A stretch of 64,000 nucleotides of DNA, from positions 38,750,001 to 38,814,000 of the forward strand of contig NC_043012.1 in NCBI RefSeq assembly GCF_006345805.1, given 5' to 3'. How positions within the stretch are numbered: the first letter of the stretch is position 1; each line of letters starts with the position of its first letter. Positions 1-15,122 of the stretch are shown here, in pieces. The stretch comes from Octopus sinensis (taxonomy: Eukaryota). The notes below the pieces were generated by a model, which was not told where the DNA came from, did not search any database, and saw only the letters and a program-made list of their open reading frames with translations. The position numbers and the translations under genes are program-made.

Positions 1-573
1 AAGAAATAATTTTCTATTTCATTCTGTAGAAGTGACGCATAAAAGAAAAAAAAATCTATTTCCATTTGCTTTTAACTGGTACAAATCCAAAATTCGAAAA
101 GTTTCCATCAGTAACTCGTATTTGTTAATCAGAGACCATACACCCACAAATTTTCATTTCGCAGTTTTCTAGATATTGTTAAGTCATTCTAACCAGCTTT
201 TAGTTTCTCGCTTTCTTTTCCAAGTTCTATAAACATTGCTCGTTTCAGATAATAAGAAACCCCTTGAATCTTACTTTTGCTTCTACAGTTTCCTCTCGAC
301 AAACTACCGCCGCCCTTTATGTTCCATCAAATCAATCATATTAGAAGGTAAAAGGATAATTCTAAGGCTTGGAGGAAGAATTTCCAAGGCATCGGATTCT
401 AGGACTGAAATCATGAGAGTTATTTTCTCCTTTGTTTCCAGGGAACCACAATTGAAATAAAGGGATACAGTTGTGTCTGTGGCCTTCATGAAAAATTATC
501 CAAAATGAAATAATTTTATTCATTGCGATTCGTAAAAATGTAGGACGAGGGTGATCGTATATCTACTCTCAGC

Positions 574-580
574 AACAATA

Positions 581-654
<74 letters not shown>

Positions 655-680
655 TAATAATAATAATAATAATAATAACA
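574..680 (+). repeat. (AAT)n microsatellite flanking a Dong-like insertion
   Basis: Long near-perfect AAT run directly 5' of the LINE fragment at 681. Confidence 0.95.
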
Positions 681-1076
681 ACCAGATATAGTTGTCAGAG
701 ATCATGAAGAAAAAAATGCTTTCTAATTGATGTATCAATACCGGCTGATGAAAACGTGTCTCTAAAAGAAATGGAGAAACTCTCAAAATACAAAAACCTG
801 GAAATAGAGGTAACCAGAATGTGGAATCTAAAAACATAAACAATTCCTATCATAGTAGGTGCATTAGGCATGATAAAAAAATATTCAGACAAATACATAA
901 CAAAAAGTCCAGCACTTACAAATACATATAACATACAGAAAATTGCACTACTAGGCACCGCACACATCCTACGCAGAACACTTTCCATACAATAACCATC
1001 AGAGCATCACAACAAATCACAGCACATACCCAAGGCACACAGAAATGCGCTCGGTAGTGAAGTAAAAATAAATCTA

Positions 1077-1080
<4 letters not shown>
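681..1080 (+). mobile_element. 5'-truncated R4/Dong-like RLE LINE, family A (3' end)
   Basis: Encodes PDIVVRDHEEK..FLIDVSIP..ALGM..GTAHILRRTLSIQ; near-identical to 27170-27584 and 63640-64000; followed by an (AAT)n tail. Confidence 0.9.
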
Positions 1081-1147
<67 letters not shown>

Positions 1148-1149
<2 letters not shown>

Positions 1150-1699
1150 GCCCTGATGCAGTACCAGGCAGTGGCTCTCATGGCTTCTGATCTTAACTGA
1201 TTGGAAGTGTTATCATGTACATTGTTTTGTCTTGGTATAAAAGATGGGCTACAGCAAATATTCTGCTCAATACCACAGATTTGCTTGTCAGTTTTGACCT
1301 TAACCAGTTGAGCATGTCTCTTAGTGGCTGACGATATGTGCATCTCTGACCACGAGCAGAAGTAGTGGGGGAGCATCATAGCCATGTGTTGAGAGGGATT
1401 CTTTGGGGTTTGAATAGTTCACCTCTGGAAACATGGGTGGTTCTTCAACACCTTAAACAATCCTTATTCAGGGACTTTTGAGCGGGATGGGCTACTCAAC
1501 CTGAAGAAGAAATTCTAACTGGAGCCCACCTGCAAGGTCATGTGCCGTTATCTTGATATGAGATCACCATGTCGCGCACATATGGTTGTGATGCATGTGC
1601 TTGGTGTACCTTTATCAGACGGGTAGTCATGATGGGTATATTGGGCTTCGTATATTTTACCCCAGTGTCACTTTGATGGCATGAACTGCTCTCTCACTC
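1148..1699 (+). mobile_element. ~555 bp non-coding (TAA)n-embedded element, copy 1
   Basis: Starts ATGCCCTGATGCAGTACCAGGC, ends CTCTCTCACTC, AAT repeats on both sides; five further full-length copies in the window. Confidence 0.85.
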
Positions 1700-1737
1700 A
1701 ATAATAATAATAATAATAATAGCAAAAAGAACGACAA

Positions 1738-2256
1738 GCGCCCTGATGCAATACCAGGCAATGATTTGCATGACATTTGATCTTAACTGATTGGAAGTAT
1801 CATCATAGACATGTTTTGTCTTGGTGTTACATGTGGGTTACAGCAAATAGATCTGCTTGTTAGTTGCTTGATTTCGGGCAGTTGAGCATGTCCCTTAGTA
1901 GCTGACGATATGTGCATCTCTGATCACAAGCAGAAGTAGTGGGAGAGCATCATAGCCATGTGTTGAGAGGAAGGTTTTGAGGTTTGAATAGTTCACATCT
2001 GGATTCATGGTTGTTTCGTTCATCATTCTTAAATAAACCTTATTCAGGCACCTTCTGAGCGGGATGGTCTACTCAGCCCGAAGAAAACTGGGCCCCACCT
2101 GCAAGGTCGTGTACTGTATAATGTGATTTCAGATCATCATGTCATGCACATGTGGTTGTGATGCATGTGGTTGGTGTAGCCTTATCAGACAGATAGTCAT
2201 TATTGGTAAATTGGTCTTCGATATACACTTTGATAGCATGCACTGCTCTCTTACTT
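1738..2256 (+). mobile_element. ~555 bp (TAA)n-embedded element, copy 2 (diverged)
   Basis: Colinear with copy 1 but more substituted; separated from it by a short AAT run. Confidence 0.8.
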
Positions 2257-2394
2257 AATAATAGCCTGGAACCGCTCGAATACTCCGGATGGTGCACGAA
2301 AAGTAAGGGTTTGTTACCTTAGTTCGGTGGTAGGGAACAACTGGCACTGTAGAACATTACCAGCGTCATTACCAACTGTGCAAAGACAAATAAA

Positions 2395-2431
2395 ACTGCT
2401 GCTGCTGCTACTACTACTACTACTACTACTA

Positions 2432-2494
<63 letters not shown>

Positions 2495-2535
2495 ATAATA
2501 ATAATAATAATAATAATAATGATAATAATAATAAT
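2395..2535 (+). repeat. (CTG)(CTA)n(ATA)n compound microsatellite
   Basis: Seen directly. Confidence 0.9.
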
Positions 2536-2559
2536 CCTTTCTACTGAAGGCAGACGGTC

Positions 2560-2685
2560 TGGAATTTGGTGGCGGGAGGCAACTGTTCCGTTATACCGAC
2601 CCAAGTACTTGACTGGTAAATATTTCATTGACCCCAAAAGTTGAAAGGCAAAAATCAACTACTGCGTAATTTGAACTCAGATCAT
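2560..2685 (-). mobile_element. tRNA-derived SINE fragment (family 2)
   Basis: Diverged match to the GACCCCGAAAGGATGAAAGGCAAAGTCGAC..TTTGAACTCAG block repeated across the window. Confidence 0.6.
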
Positions 2686-2837
2686 AAAGAGGAAGAAATT
2701 ACAACTAACATTGTGCCATCCTGCCGCCTTAATAATAATGATAATAATATTAATAATACGAAGAAATATGGAGAAGTACAATAAAAAAAGAACTTGAAAC
2801 AGGAAAAGATTTGAAATAAGCAGGTTATCATATTCAT

Positions 2838-2911
<74 letters not shown>

Positions 2912-3059
2912 GTGTGAGTGTTGTGTTATGAGAATGTCTGTACATATATGTGTAAATGCACGCGTGTATATGTACATATATATGCATAGTATATATGTGG
3001 GAAAAACGCTGCTCAAAAGATCGTCTGAAAGAAATATGGTAAAGTTATTTATTTAATAA

Positions 3060-4680
3060 GAAACTATTTATTAATGCGAAATGACAGAAGGTTATATATT
3101 AATGACAATAGGATATTCAAAAGCAAAACGATCCCTTGGACTTGATATATGTAAAGTATATCAGCCGTCTAAAGTTATGGGGTTGAACAAATTGCTTTGG
3201 AAATTGATAGGAGTAAAGTAATAGATACTGGACATAGAAATAAATAGAAATGTCAAAACGGGACACTTAACTATATAACATATTAAATAAAGAGAACCGA
3301 GATGATCTAGAATGGAAAATTGAAATACAATGATAAAAAATATATATTAAAAATCATGATTTCTTGCGGGAAAGGAGAAACACGACAACCATTAAAAAAT
3401 GAATAGCTGTATAGTACTTTGAATCGAGTAAGGGTGTTCCTGTTTTTGATTATATGAGAGGAAACCCAGTGTACGTAACATTTGTCCTATAGCTACAGAT
3501 CGATACGTTCTGTCCTAAATTCTGCAGTGGTTGTATATGTTATCGACGCCCTGATTAACGGTCTATATGTTAGATGTAGAGTCAACTGCAAGTAAATTAT
3601 AGCTTTACACCTTTGACTTTTGATCTGTTTGTAGTGGTTAGGCCTCTAATCAAAAGGTTCCTGGTTTCTTTCTTGTCTCGCCTGACCAGTTCGTCGGATG
3701 AGGGTGCTGAGGACATATGGTTATTCCAGTGTCTTAATCACATCAACTGCTGGTGGAAATTCCTTCTTATTATTGTCTGCAGTTTCTGGGTAATTTTAGG
3801 GATCATTATCAAGAAGGGATTGAAAGATTGTATCGTTGTATATACCTTTCCATCATTTTGATGACTATTTGGATAAAACATGTCTTCCATTTTTTAACTT
3901 ACAAGAAGCCAAAGAGAGAACTTTTTATAGTTACATGCAATGTTAGAAATAGCAGTCGAATAACCCTTAATTCACAACTAACATTGAAGAGAATGAAGAT
4001 GGTATATGGCGCTCCTGCCTCGTGAAGGCCTGGCTGTTAAAACTGGCTCAGCTTTTATGATATGTCTGGTCAATCAGGAATTATTTGAAATTAAAAGATA
4101 GCAACAAGCTAGATAAGGTGCAATTTAATAGGCAGCTAAAACTAGCAGCTAAATATGTACAAAGCTACAGAGTAGTGGGCTCAAAGCTGTTATAATACTG
4201 GCTCCAACAATTCTCGTATAAGTTGTGTAACTTCTGGAATAACGAAATGGTCTTGTTAAATGAGTCACCATTAACAGAGTAAAACAAGTACAAAAAAAGT
4301 GATTCAGAAGTGTTTGTGTGAAGCTCATTGTAATGGAACAGAATGAATAGACTGGATTTAGATCTCAGAGAAACTTTCAGATTCCTAGAATGGAAGATCG
4401 TTATGCAACAATTAGTTTACAAGCAACAAAACTTGGTAAGAATTAATAAAATAATCGTTAGTTTTTACCAACTGAAAATAACAATGTCAATATGAGTTTA
4501 GAAACGTTGTCATTGATAGCATTGTCACTTTGTGACGGTAGAAATAACGAAGTTAGCTGAAGAAACCAACAGAGTTTGAAATATGTATGGATTCCCGGGA
4601 AATGGAAAGCTAACAATCGTCAGACTAGAATTTATATTGAATCATTATTAGAAAATGGTCTGAGAAAACTGGAAAAATCA
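3060..4680 (+). mobile_element. Highly degenerate Ty3/Gypsy pol (protease-RT-RNase H) relic
   Basis: Broken frames give VIDTG (protease-like), TYG(L)FQCL, a CIYL..IL.TIW.KH segment matching the YxDD region, and KYVWIPGK matching the RNase H end; many stops and frameshifts. Confidence 0.45.
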
Positions 4681-4996
4681 ACTGATTCGATCAATGCTCT
4701 TTTTGCAAAGCAACTAAACTTCAAATTCATTTTTTTTTTGTTCCTTTTCTTCTTCTTCTTCACCTGGGAAAGGAAATTGCAAATCTTCTGCAACAACCTT
4801 TGTAATTGCGAATTACCATAGTGGACGGAATTTTCTATGGATTTATATTGAAGTCAATTTCCCGTTGTTAACTCAGCAGGGCTTGAAGCGGCCTACAGGA
4901 ACAGACACACAAACATACATATATATGTTTATATATGTATATATATGCCTGTGTGTGAACACATATATACATTATTTCTGTATGTATGTTAGAATG

Positions 4997-5063
<67 letters not shown>

Positions 5064-5377
5064 CTGTGCGTGCGTGTGTGTGCGTGTGTGTGTGTTTGAG
5101 AGTGTATATATATATGTATATATATATATATATATATGTGGTGTGTGTGTGTGTGTCTGTGTGTGTGTGTGTATGTGTGTGTATATATGTATATATATAT
5201 ATATATATGCGTCTGTGTGTGTGTTTGAATATGTGTATTTATAAATATGTTTGTATTTATGTCTGTATATTCGTGTGTGTGCGTGTCTATGTGTATGTCT
5301 ACATATGTATACGTGTATGCGTATATAACTATTCCTACGTATGTATATATATATATAATATATATACATAATATATA

Positions 5378-5420
<43 letters not shown>

Positions 5421-5694
5421 ACATATATATTATATATATATATATACATATATATACATACATACACACATATATATGTATATAATATATATATATATGT
5501 ACAGACACATAATACATAGATATGCATGTATATAAGAATATACATTGATGTGTTTGCATACATTCGACGTCAGTCAATTGCTGGGGAAAAGAACATGTTA
5601 AACACCGACACCCACATCACATGCAAAACGCAGAAGCACACCACACACACTATATATATATATATACGCCTCCTGAAACCACACACACATACAT

Positions 5695-5743
<49 letters not shown>

Positions 5744-7265
5744 CATATATCTATATATGTATGTACGTATGTATGTATTTATCGGAGAGGGAGAGGTGTA
5801 TGGCAACAGGAAAGGATCTGGGTGGTAAGATGATATTAAATAAAATGATGATAGATATTTCAGTTAACCTATACATCTTGATAAATTTTACCTAAATAGA
5901 CTTTAAAACGTTATTGTGAAATATTAGTACCTCCCATAAGTATTACCGTCCAGTCTTGCCATTTGGTGCCAAATATCTCTATGGTAAATTGGTAATAATG
6001 ATAGCATTCATGTATGCATGTATGTATGTATGCATGTATGTATGTATGTATGTATGTATGTATGCATGTATGTATGTATGTATGTATGTATGTATGTATA
6101 AATGTATGTGTGCATGTATGCATACATGTACGAAGGTATGTTTGTATACTTGCGTGTACCTACTGAAATTTGGTTATCAAACAAATCATATATATATATA
6201 CACGCACACACACACACACACACATATTATATTAAAATATTATATTATATTACATAGGACACACACACACCCGCCCACACAACACATACTCACACATATA
6301 TATATATACATGTACATATATATGTTATTATATATATAATATATAATATATATATATATTATATATATATTATATATATGTATATATTAAATCAATTAAA
6401 TTGAGATGGTCAACTTATGAAGAGATGGCTTCATCCAAGGAAATACTTGTTCAATACCTAGTATTATTAGGAAATGAAATTCCCTTAAAACAATTGGTAT
6501 ATATTAAGAATATAGTTTATATCCATATAAAAGAAGATCAGAAAATGGAGATTAGGAAGTTAATAGTTGTGTATTATTATCACCAATTTGATCTTCGCTT
6601 CTTACAACCGTTTCATTTCGTACTCAATAATTTTATTACGAATCTTTACATTAAATTTACTGGTAACATGAGTATAATTTCGACAGAGGGCAAAAGATGT
6701 ACCTGTGGATGTCATATGTGTGCTTATCCATTTATTTTAGCAGTCTGAGTGCATGGTATTTAACATATGGAGCTTATTACAAACTGTACTTCCGGGTCAT
6801 TTTACATATTTTAATAATACTTTTGGTAGCTTGGGGCAGCAATATCATTATTAGGCTATTCTTTCTTTTTATCTTTTGTAAAATCTAATTTCTCAAGATT
6901 TCTACGGGAGTAATTGCATAGCTACGTGCTCTAGTAATTATGCGAACAAATCCAAATTTATTGTCGTGTAGGGCGTGCCTTGTAGGTTTCCCTCAGAGGT
7001 AGAGTAGCGCTATTGACTACAGAGGAGGTAACATAGCATCATTGTTTATATAAGAGGTAGGTTAGTGTTAATGGCTATATATGTGTTTAGTAACGCCAGT
7101 AAGCATACTGTAGTGAGGAGTGTGCCAACAACTCTACCAGAGATAACGAAGTGCTACTGGTGACATAGGAGTTACGGTAGTGCTATTCATAATTTGGAAT
7201 ATCTTCTCGGAGTGAATTCATGTTGTTATCGGTTAAACACACCACAGGATGATCAAGTGATTTAG

Positions 7266-8240
7266 GTGTTACATAAAGCTTTATTGAAATCTGAACACGA
7301 ACAGCTACACATGTGGTTCATCCCACTCCACTTTTATATACCCTAATCCACACATAACGTTTAGAGGTTGATCTGCTTTTTAAGGCAGAACAATTCTCAT
7401 CAAATGTTTAACAATATTTGCAAGTTCGCTAAAATATGCAGCCATAGTTGCGCTTTTTTTTACCTCTGATTCCAACAGCAATTTATGTTGCCTGGTTACA
7501 GCGAAATAGTCTATGATACCTGAGAGATGAATACCTTCCCCACAGGTATAAAATTCCGACGTTGATTGGATTTGAACTTTTAGCATATCTATAAAACAGT
7601 AATTAGATAGAATGGTATATGTGTGATGTACAATAGATCGTAAGTTTCCAATCGCTATGGTTGGGTATCGATTAATGCATCTCTGAGATATCATTGAATC
7701 AGGGAGGAGACAGATCCTTTATAGGAACTTATGCAGGACTCTATGGAAATTTAAAAATGCATTTGCAGGCCGTGAATAGTTTTTGAACTTGCAGGAAATT
7801 CCATTAAAACGCTGATCTAAGACACGGTTACAACAGTTTTCTAGAGCTTTCCATATGTGTTTCACTGGTGCGAAGAATGTTTTACCAAAATATTCCCGTA
7901 TTTTTTCTTTTTCCATTTTAGGTACCTGGGAATGGCCTTATATTCCTTTGGCAAGTGAAGAATTCCTCTTAAATATGTGTGGGATTTCGATATTCCTGGA
8001 GTGAATCTATAAACTTAAATGCGTTCTAATATAGAGCCTGGCATTTGAGATATTCCGAGGAATGTTGGTTCTTGAAATTTTTGTTTTGGATTTTGTTCAT
8101 CTTGTTTCCTACAACGTGCATAATCCAAGATGAATTCATCTGGTTTCTGCTGGTTTCAGGCAAAATGGTTTCTTTTCCTGCAGAATTACACAACAATTGC
8201 CACAGAGGGAATCGAAAATATATGATTAAGCGCCTCACTT
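7266..8240 (-). mobile_element. Degenerate Ty3/Gypsy integrase plus possible 3' LTR remnant
   Basis: Minus frames give ILPETSRNQM..MH..G (integrase zinc-binding region), P..SD and WG..SS.YH-like core segments; then TATAAAA..AATAAA..TGTAACA at about 7266-7345, resembling an LTR end. Confidence 0.45.
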
Positions 8241-8950
8241 GACTTGTTTTTCAATGTTACAATACTGTTTGGTTGGTGCAGAAAACGACAGAGATATAAT
8301 GACATCAATAACGATATTACGAAATTTTACATTTCATTCTTGATATTTCAGGTTAGGGAAAGACACGTAAAGACACACGTGTATGAGAATCGGTGTGCTT
8401 GTCAAGGTGCATGCACGTGTTTTCTAATGTGTGAATGTAGATGACTGCGTTATTTTGTGTGTGGAGGTGAAAATACATCTGCTATGAATAACGTCATTTC
8501 CCACAATTCTTCAATGTTTCGAGCAATTTCTATTCCGTTTTCTCTCATGACTCTCCTTAACTAAAGAAAAAATTACGGCATTCTTCCGAAAGTGTTTCAT
8601 TTATCGTTCGTTGTAACAAAAAAAAAAGCTGACGAAGCGGAGGGAAAAAAGTTCTTACCTGCAGAGGTCAACATCTGCAATCGAATAATTGGAATTATCG
8701 AACTAAAGGCAGCTCGGAGAAGAAGTATTCACTGATTCTCTGCCAGGAACTATTTCCTTATAACAGATAGTGTCATAACCACACACACACATATACACAC
8801 ACACACACACATACACACACACACACAAATATATACATTCATATACAGGGATGTGTGTATTATATATATATATGTGTGTGTATACACACTTACATATATT
8901 TATGCAATTCACATATACTCACACACACACGCACACGTACACTCACACAT

Positions 8951-8989
<39 letters not shown>

Positions 8990-9019
8990 ACACACATATA
9001 TATATATATATACTAGCAA

Positions 9020-9270
9020 ACTATCGGTTTTGACGTGGAGTGTTCCAGTGGCTCCGCTTAACGGAACGCCTGCTCGTTTAATTAAGTTGCGAGCGGCTGA
9101 GCAGTCCTCAGACACGCTTACCCATATCCTACATTTCAGCGGGATTTAGCATGAGGCAGTATGTGATAAGACTGGCGGCTCATTTTTGCTAGCTGAATGA
9201 ATTGCAGCAAGAAGAAATATCTTGCTCAACATCACAACCCGGAGACAGGTATCGAAATCGCAGCCTTACA
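9020..9270 (-). mobile_element. Degenerate tRNA-derived SINE body (family 1)
   Basis: Diverged match to the AACGGAACAGCCTGC..GGCTGAGC..TTCAGCGTGAC segment of the 16019-16392 SINE. Confidence 0.5.
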
Positions 9271-9273
9271 ATT

Positions 9274-9353
9274 GTACTCCGAGTTTCAAGCGTGTGGCTA
9301 GTCTTCGGCTATTGATGGCCGAAGTCTAGTCACACGCTTGAAATTCAGAGTAC
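9274..9353. repeat. 80 bp near-perfect palindrome (fold-back)
   Basis: GTACTCCGAGTTTCAAGCGTGTGGCTAGTCTTCGGCT-ATTGAT-GGCCGAAGTCTAGTCACACGCTTGAAATTCAGAGTAC: 37 nt arms with five differences, three of them G:U wobbles on +. Confidence 0.9.
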
Positions 9354-9373
9354 CAAGGTGTCTGACTCAAGTT

Positions 9374-9437
<64 letters not shown>

Positions 9438-9439
9438 AT

Positions 9440-10055
9440 ATATATTACGTTTAAATATTTGTTGTTCAATATTTTTTATGTGAAGTCGTGTGTTGAAACA
9501 GATATTGTTATATTTTCGGAATGGTCATTTTGCCAGTTTAGCCAATAAAAACACACGCACTATATATTTGTGTTATTTGCTTCAGTGTTATTTATTTTTA
9601 CATTAATCTTAATCTTTCGTCACACTCCTGTGACCGCATCAGTGGGTCCTTTGTTTTCTTCTTTCTTATTTTGTGTCTCTCCTTACTAAACCGTAAGCCA
9701 TTTTGTATTTCTATTGTATGTCTTCATTTGCGCATGCTTATTCTCTATGTGCGTTTATGTTTATTTAGTGTGTGTATGTGGGTGTGATGCTGTAATATTT
9801 GTATCTTCTGTTTATATATGTTTCATGTAATTTGTTATTTTGTTTTTTGTTTTTTGTTTTGTTATTTTTGTTTATTCTTATTTTGTTCATGTGTTTACAT
9901 CCACTTTTATTATCATTACATATGCTTTATGTATAACAACGATACTAGTAATAATAATAATAAATCGAATCGAAAAAAAAATTATAAAAAAAAAATATAT
10001 ATATATACACATATATATATACATATATGTATATATATTATATATATATTATATA

Positions 10056-10094
<39 letters not shown>

Positions 10095-10860
10095 TTTATT
10101 TTATTTCTATTTGTTTATTATCTGTGTATTTATTATGTTTTCAGGATCCTCTATCGTCATATGTTGTGGTGTGTGTTAGTGCTCACATTCTAGTTTTCTA
10201 TTCAGGCTAGGTTTATTTTTCTTATGTGTGTAGCTTCTGTAATTTGTCTAATTGTTGCATCTGAATTATGTGTGGATATGTTTTAATTTCTATGTTATTG
10301 ATTGACCCCCCCGTGTTCCTGTTCGGCGTGTTGGTACAGAATCGATGGCTTTTACCTTCCTTGAGTTGTCTCCAATGCTTATTTACCCGCGCTCCCTATG
10401 CTCGTACCGTTTCCCTACGTATGTCGTTGTCTTTTTTCATCCATCGTCCCTCTATACATCTATACTATAGACTACATTTCTGGGCTTTACAGTTTGTTTG
10501 TGGGATAAATCTACATACAGTACAGTACTTATCCGTACAGGGGGTTCTACTAAAAGGATAGGTTTTACCAATTATAGATTTGATAGGGTTGCCTGGCTTT
10601 TCTACAACCTTAATTCTTAGTTTAAGTTTGTCTAGGGTCCTTCTAAAGCGGTACGCCAGTTCACCTCCAGGGGTGGTGTCAACGAACATGACACTTTGGT
10701 ATTTATCATACCAAGAGTTGGCCTTCCCTATTTTCTTTTTTGTCCTTTCTATAGTGTTCCATGACTTGTTCCTATAGAGTGGGCAAATCCCATTCCTATC
10801 ATTACATAATATATTATTAAATTTCTTAATGGCTACTTTGTATAGGATGGAAAGTAGTGT
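9440..10860 (-). mobile_element. Penelope-like element relic (RT thumb/linker, GIY-YIG endonuclease, pLTR-like 3' region), interrupted by microsatellites
   Basis: FVDTTPGGELA..FR..L.KLKLRIKVVEKPG.PIKS followed by NCK..Y.C...ET.RA.GARVNKH, typical of Penelope GIY-YIG domains; stops present. Confidence 0.75.
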
Positions 10861-10868
10861 GTAGCAAA

Positions 10869-11266
10869 TCTATATATATAAAGCTGAAGTTGTCTGTGTG
10901 TGGCAGGTTTGGTAGCCTTCAACTAACACTATCTCCTTCGAGACCCTGCAGCGCAAGATGACCAAATTTGAGAGTATGATAGAAAAGGCTTGCTCTTCCT
11001 TCTGTAGGAGATAAAATTCAAATCGGACATGTTAACACCAAAAATTATTTACATCAAAAAGGTGCTTTTTTGCTATGAAAATTCCTATTTTTTACGATTT
11101 TTGACTGCTGTGTCACCATTTTTCGGTGTATTTCAACTGGAAAAATGTTCACTTGAAGAGAATAACAAGGTGCATAATGCAAAAGTTCAACTTTTCAAAA
11201 CTTCAAATTCTAAAGGGTCGAAACAAACCCAAGCAACACCGGGTGATACTGCTAGTATATATATAA
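10869..11266 (-). mobile_element. Helentron/DINE-1-like non-autonomous element
   Basis: Minus strand begins ACTAGCAGTATCACCCGG (same terminus as 16520) and ends CAGCTTTATATATATAGAT in a TA context. Confidence 0.55.
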
Positions 11267-11553
11267 ATTTAATACATCTTCATTCGTCTCCCTGCAACTG
11301 AAACTTTCGTAGGCTTCTAGCAGAGACCTTGCTCGTTCGGGCTCAGGTTGCTGAGTGAAGAAATAGAAGAGGCTCATGATGGCTACTGGTAAATAGGATG
11401 TTATGGGTGTCAAGGTTGGTCCCATGGTGTTGTTAGAAGTGAGATTGGCATTTCAGCGGCAATTAAATTGAGAGTTTATTGAACCTCGTAGATGGAGACG
11501 AAGCTGGTCGCGCCTTGGTGTCTCGTAGGCCTTTGCGCGTGTATGTAAATGCA

Positions 11554-11587
<34 letters not shown>

Positions 11588-11899
11588 TATATAGATAGTT
11601 TTCCCAAAGAATTTATGTAAGTTTCTGAAATACATTCTGACGAAGATCAACAGTATTTCTACCAAGAATTGAAATCAAAAATGACATTCATGTCATTGGA
11701 ATTTCAGTTTTGTTTTTTTCTTGTTTTTCCTTTACGCTTTTGTTCGTGTTTAATTTTGTACCTTGTTACTGGATATTTAGTGATCCAGCGTAGAGCTACG
11801 TCTATATCGGGCAAGTACAAACGGAAGATAGACAGTTTTTAAAAATTCTATTCATAAGCTCATCACATAAATTCGTGAGGGTGAACAACCATACTTTAG

Positions 11900-12480
11900 G
11901 ATCTTGGAATGTCCTTCAGTGTATACTTCCATGAAGTATGCATTTGTAAAATGCTGAAGCCATATGCGTTTAGCTCAATAATTCAAGTTGCATCATGTAA
12001 CTGCGAAATTTGTTCACAAGATTAGTTACGAGTTAGCGGAAGTCGTCAATTAGAATGCTGATAAATTAATTCTGAAAAGTGTCGTAACAGCTTTTGACAT
12101 TTAGGTATGCGGACATGTGGTCGAAGCACAAGACAGCCATCGCTTTATTCTGTGGCATAGGTTATCATCACCGCAAGCCAAAAGAGGATGCTAATCATCT
12201 TTTCTAGCGAAGTGTAGTCGTTCATCATGGATTTCTATCACGCGGTAAAACAATCAATAAAATGTTTATTTGGATGTTCTGAGATGTTCAAAAGAAGAAT
12301 TCTGCGGCGTGGGAAAAAAAACTCCAAAATAACACAAGAACTTGGATGACTCACCACAACAGCTCTTCTGCTCATCCATCACAAATTCTATGTAAATAAA
12401 TGACAAAATAGCAGATGAGCTTCGTTTTCTACTATCGCTCCTTTTCGGTTTGATCCCCTTCTGATATACTTTTATACCGA
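11900..12480 (+). pseudogene. Degenerate mariner transposase (catalytic domain region)
   Basis: HHGFLSRGKTINK and THHNSSSAHPS resemble mariner HHEFLPxGQTVN and LHHDNAPAHTS. Confidence 0.55.
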
Positions 12481-12659
12481 AAATGGATTCGAGATTCAAG
12501 GTTAGCTAATTTAAAAGGGTATCATACATTCACTACGACTATTGTTCTCTGGCTCTAACCACGCATCTAAAGGGGATATTAACACTGCGGCCAGGGACTC
12601 CATATTAAGAGGGAGGAAACTTCCAAGCAGACAAAGGTCATTAGATCTTAAGTAGAAAT

Positions 12660-13445
12660 AAATTTAATGTCTTTTTTTAAATCGAGTTCGGTTCTCTTTC
12701 CGAATTTGATTTTAAAAAAGCGACAACGCAGCGGAAAGTGCGAGGAATATTAATGCAGATTATGGGGATCGGACAATAAACCTGGGCTAGTTTCAACGGT
12801 GATTCCAGAAATTCTGAGTCGGAAATTACAGACCTAGAAGATGAGCCTCGTCCTGGAAGATTTGTAGAGCTCGACAAGGACGTCCTGCAAACCCTGGTGG
12901 AACAAAGTCCCATCGTAACAGTTGAGGAACTAGCACAGAAGCTTTTGTTTGGTCATTCAACCATGCATCGATACCTGCGTACCATCGGAAAAGTCAGTAA
13001 ATTGAGGGATCAATGGATTCCTCACAAAATTTCCGAGTTCAATTGCGCGCAGAGAGTGAATGTATGCTATTCTTTGCTGTCGTGTCTCATTTTGGCACCG
13101 AATAGTAACTGGTGACGATAAATGGGTTCTTTATAAAAATGACAAGCGCGGAAGACTCTGCGTAGGGCTAGGAGGAACACCGGAGGGACTGATTATCATT
13201 TATTCGGCAGTCTTCAAAATCATTTGGACGGAAAAATATGAATACTGTAGACGAGATCAGAGCAGTATTGCAAGAATATCTTTTGTCAGAGACAGGTAAA
13301 TTTGGAAGAGGGGACTTGCAAACCTACCAGATAGATGGAAGAGCATTAAGCAAATGAAGGAGAGTATATTTTCGATTAAGAAAGAACTTTGTTTATCTTA
13401 ATTTCGAAGAATAAAATCCCGTAATATTTATGGGATGACTAAATA
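12660..13445 (+). mobile_element. Internally deleted mariner transposon relic with 3' TIR
   Basis: LEDEPRPGR..LD...L..LVEQ.P..TVEELA, WIPHK (WVPHEL motif), RIVTGDDKWVLYKN, then a jump to HLFGSLQNHLDGK; ends with TIR-like TTTATGGGATGACTAAATA then TA. Confidence 0.85.
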
Positions 13446-13447
13446 TA

Positions 13448-15122
<1,675 letters not shown>

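Noticed and set aside
236-489. ORFs with IILRLGGRISKA (BEL/Pao-like) or LEILPPSLRIIL (LRR-like)
   Set aside because: Single short motifs with no supporting flanking motifs or splice structure
520-988. Minus-strand ORFs such as MESVLRRMCAVP.. (also 27039-27480, 51123-51413, 63655-63852)
   Set aside because: Antisense readings of Dong coding sequence
1148-1699. CTGATGC and CTGACGA..GAAG as hammerhead cores, or an HDV-like fold, in the 555 bp element
   Set aside because: No GAAA partner, no stems I-III, and no HDV L3 motif or nested pseudoknot found on either strand
8640-8740. Minus-strand CAG|GTAAGA donor at about 8660 as an exon
   Set aside because: Stops in all frames with the best acceptor; alternative short exons unrecognisable
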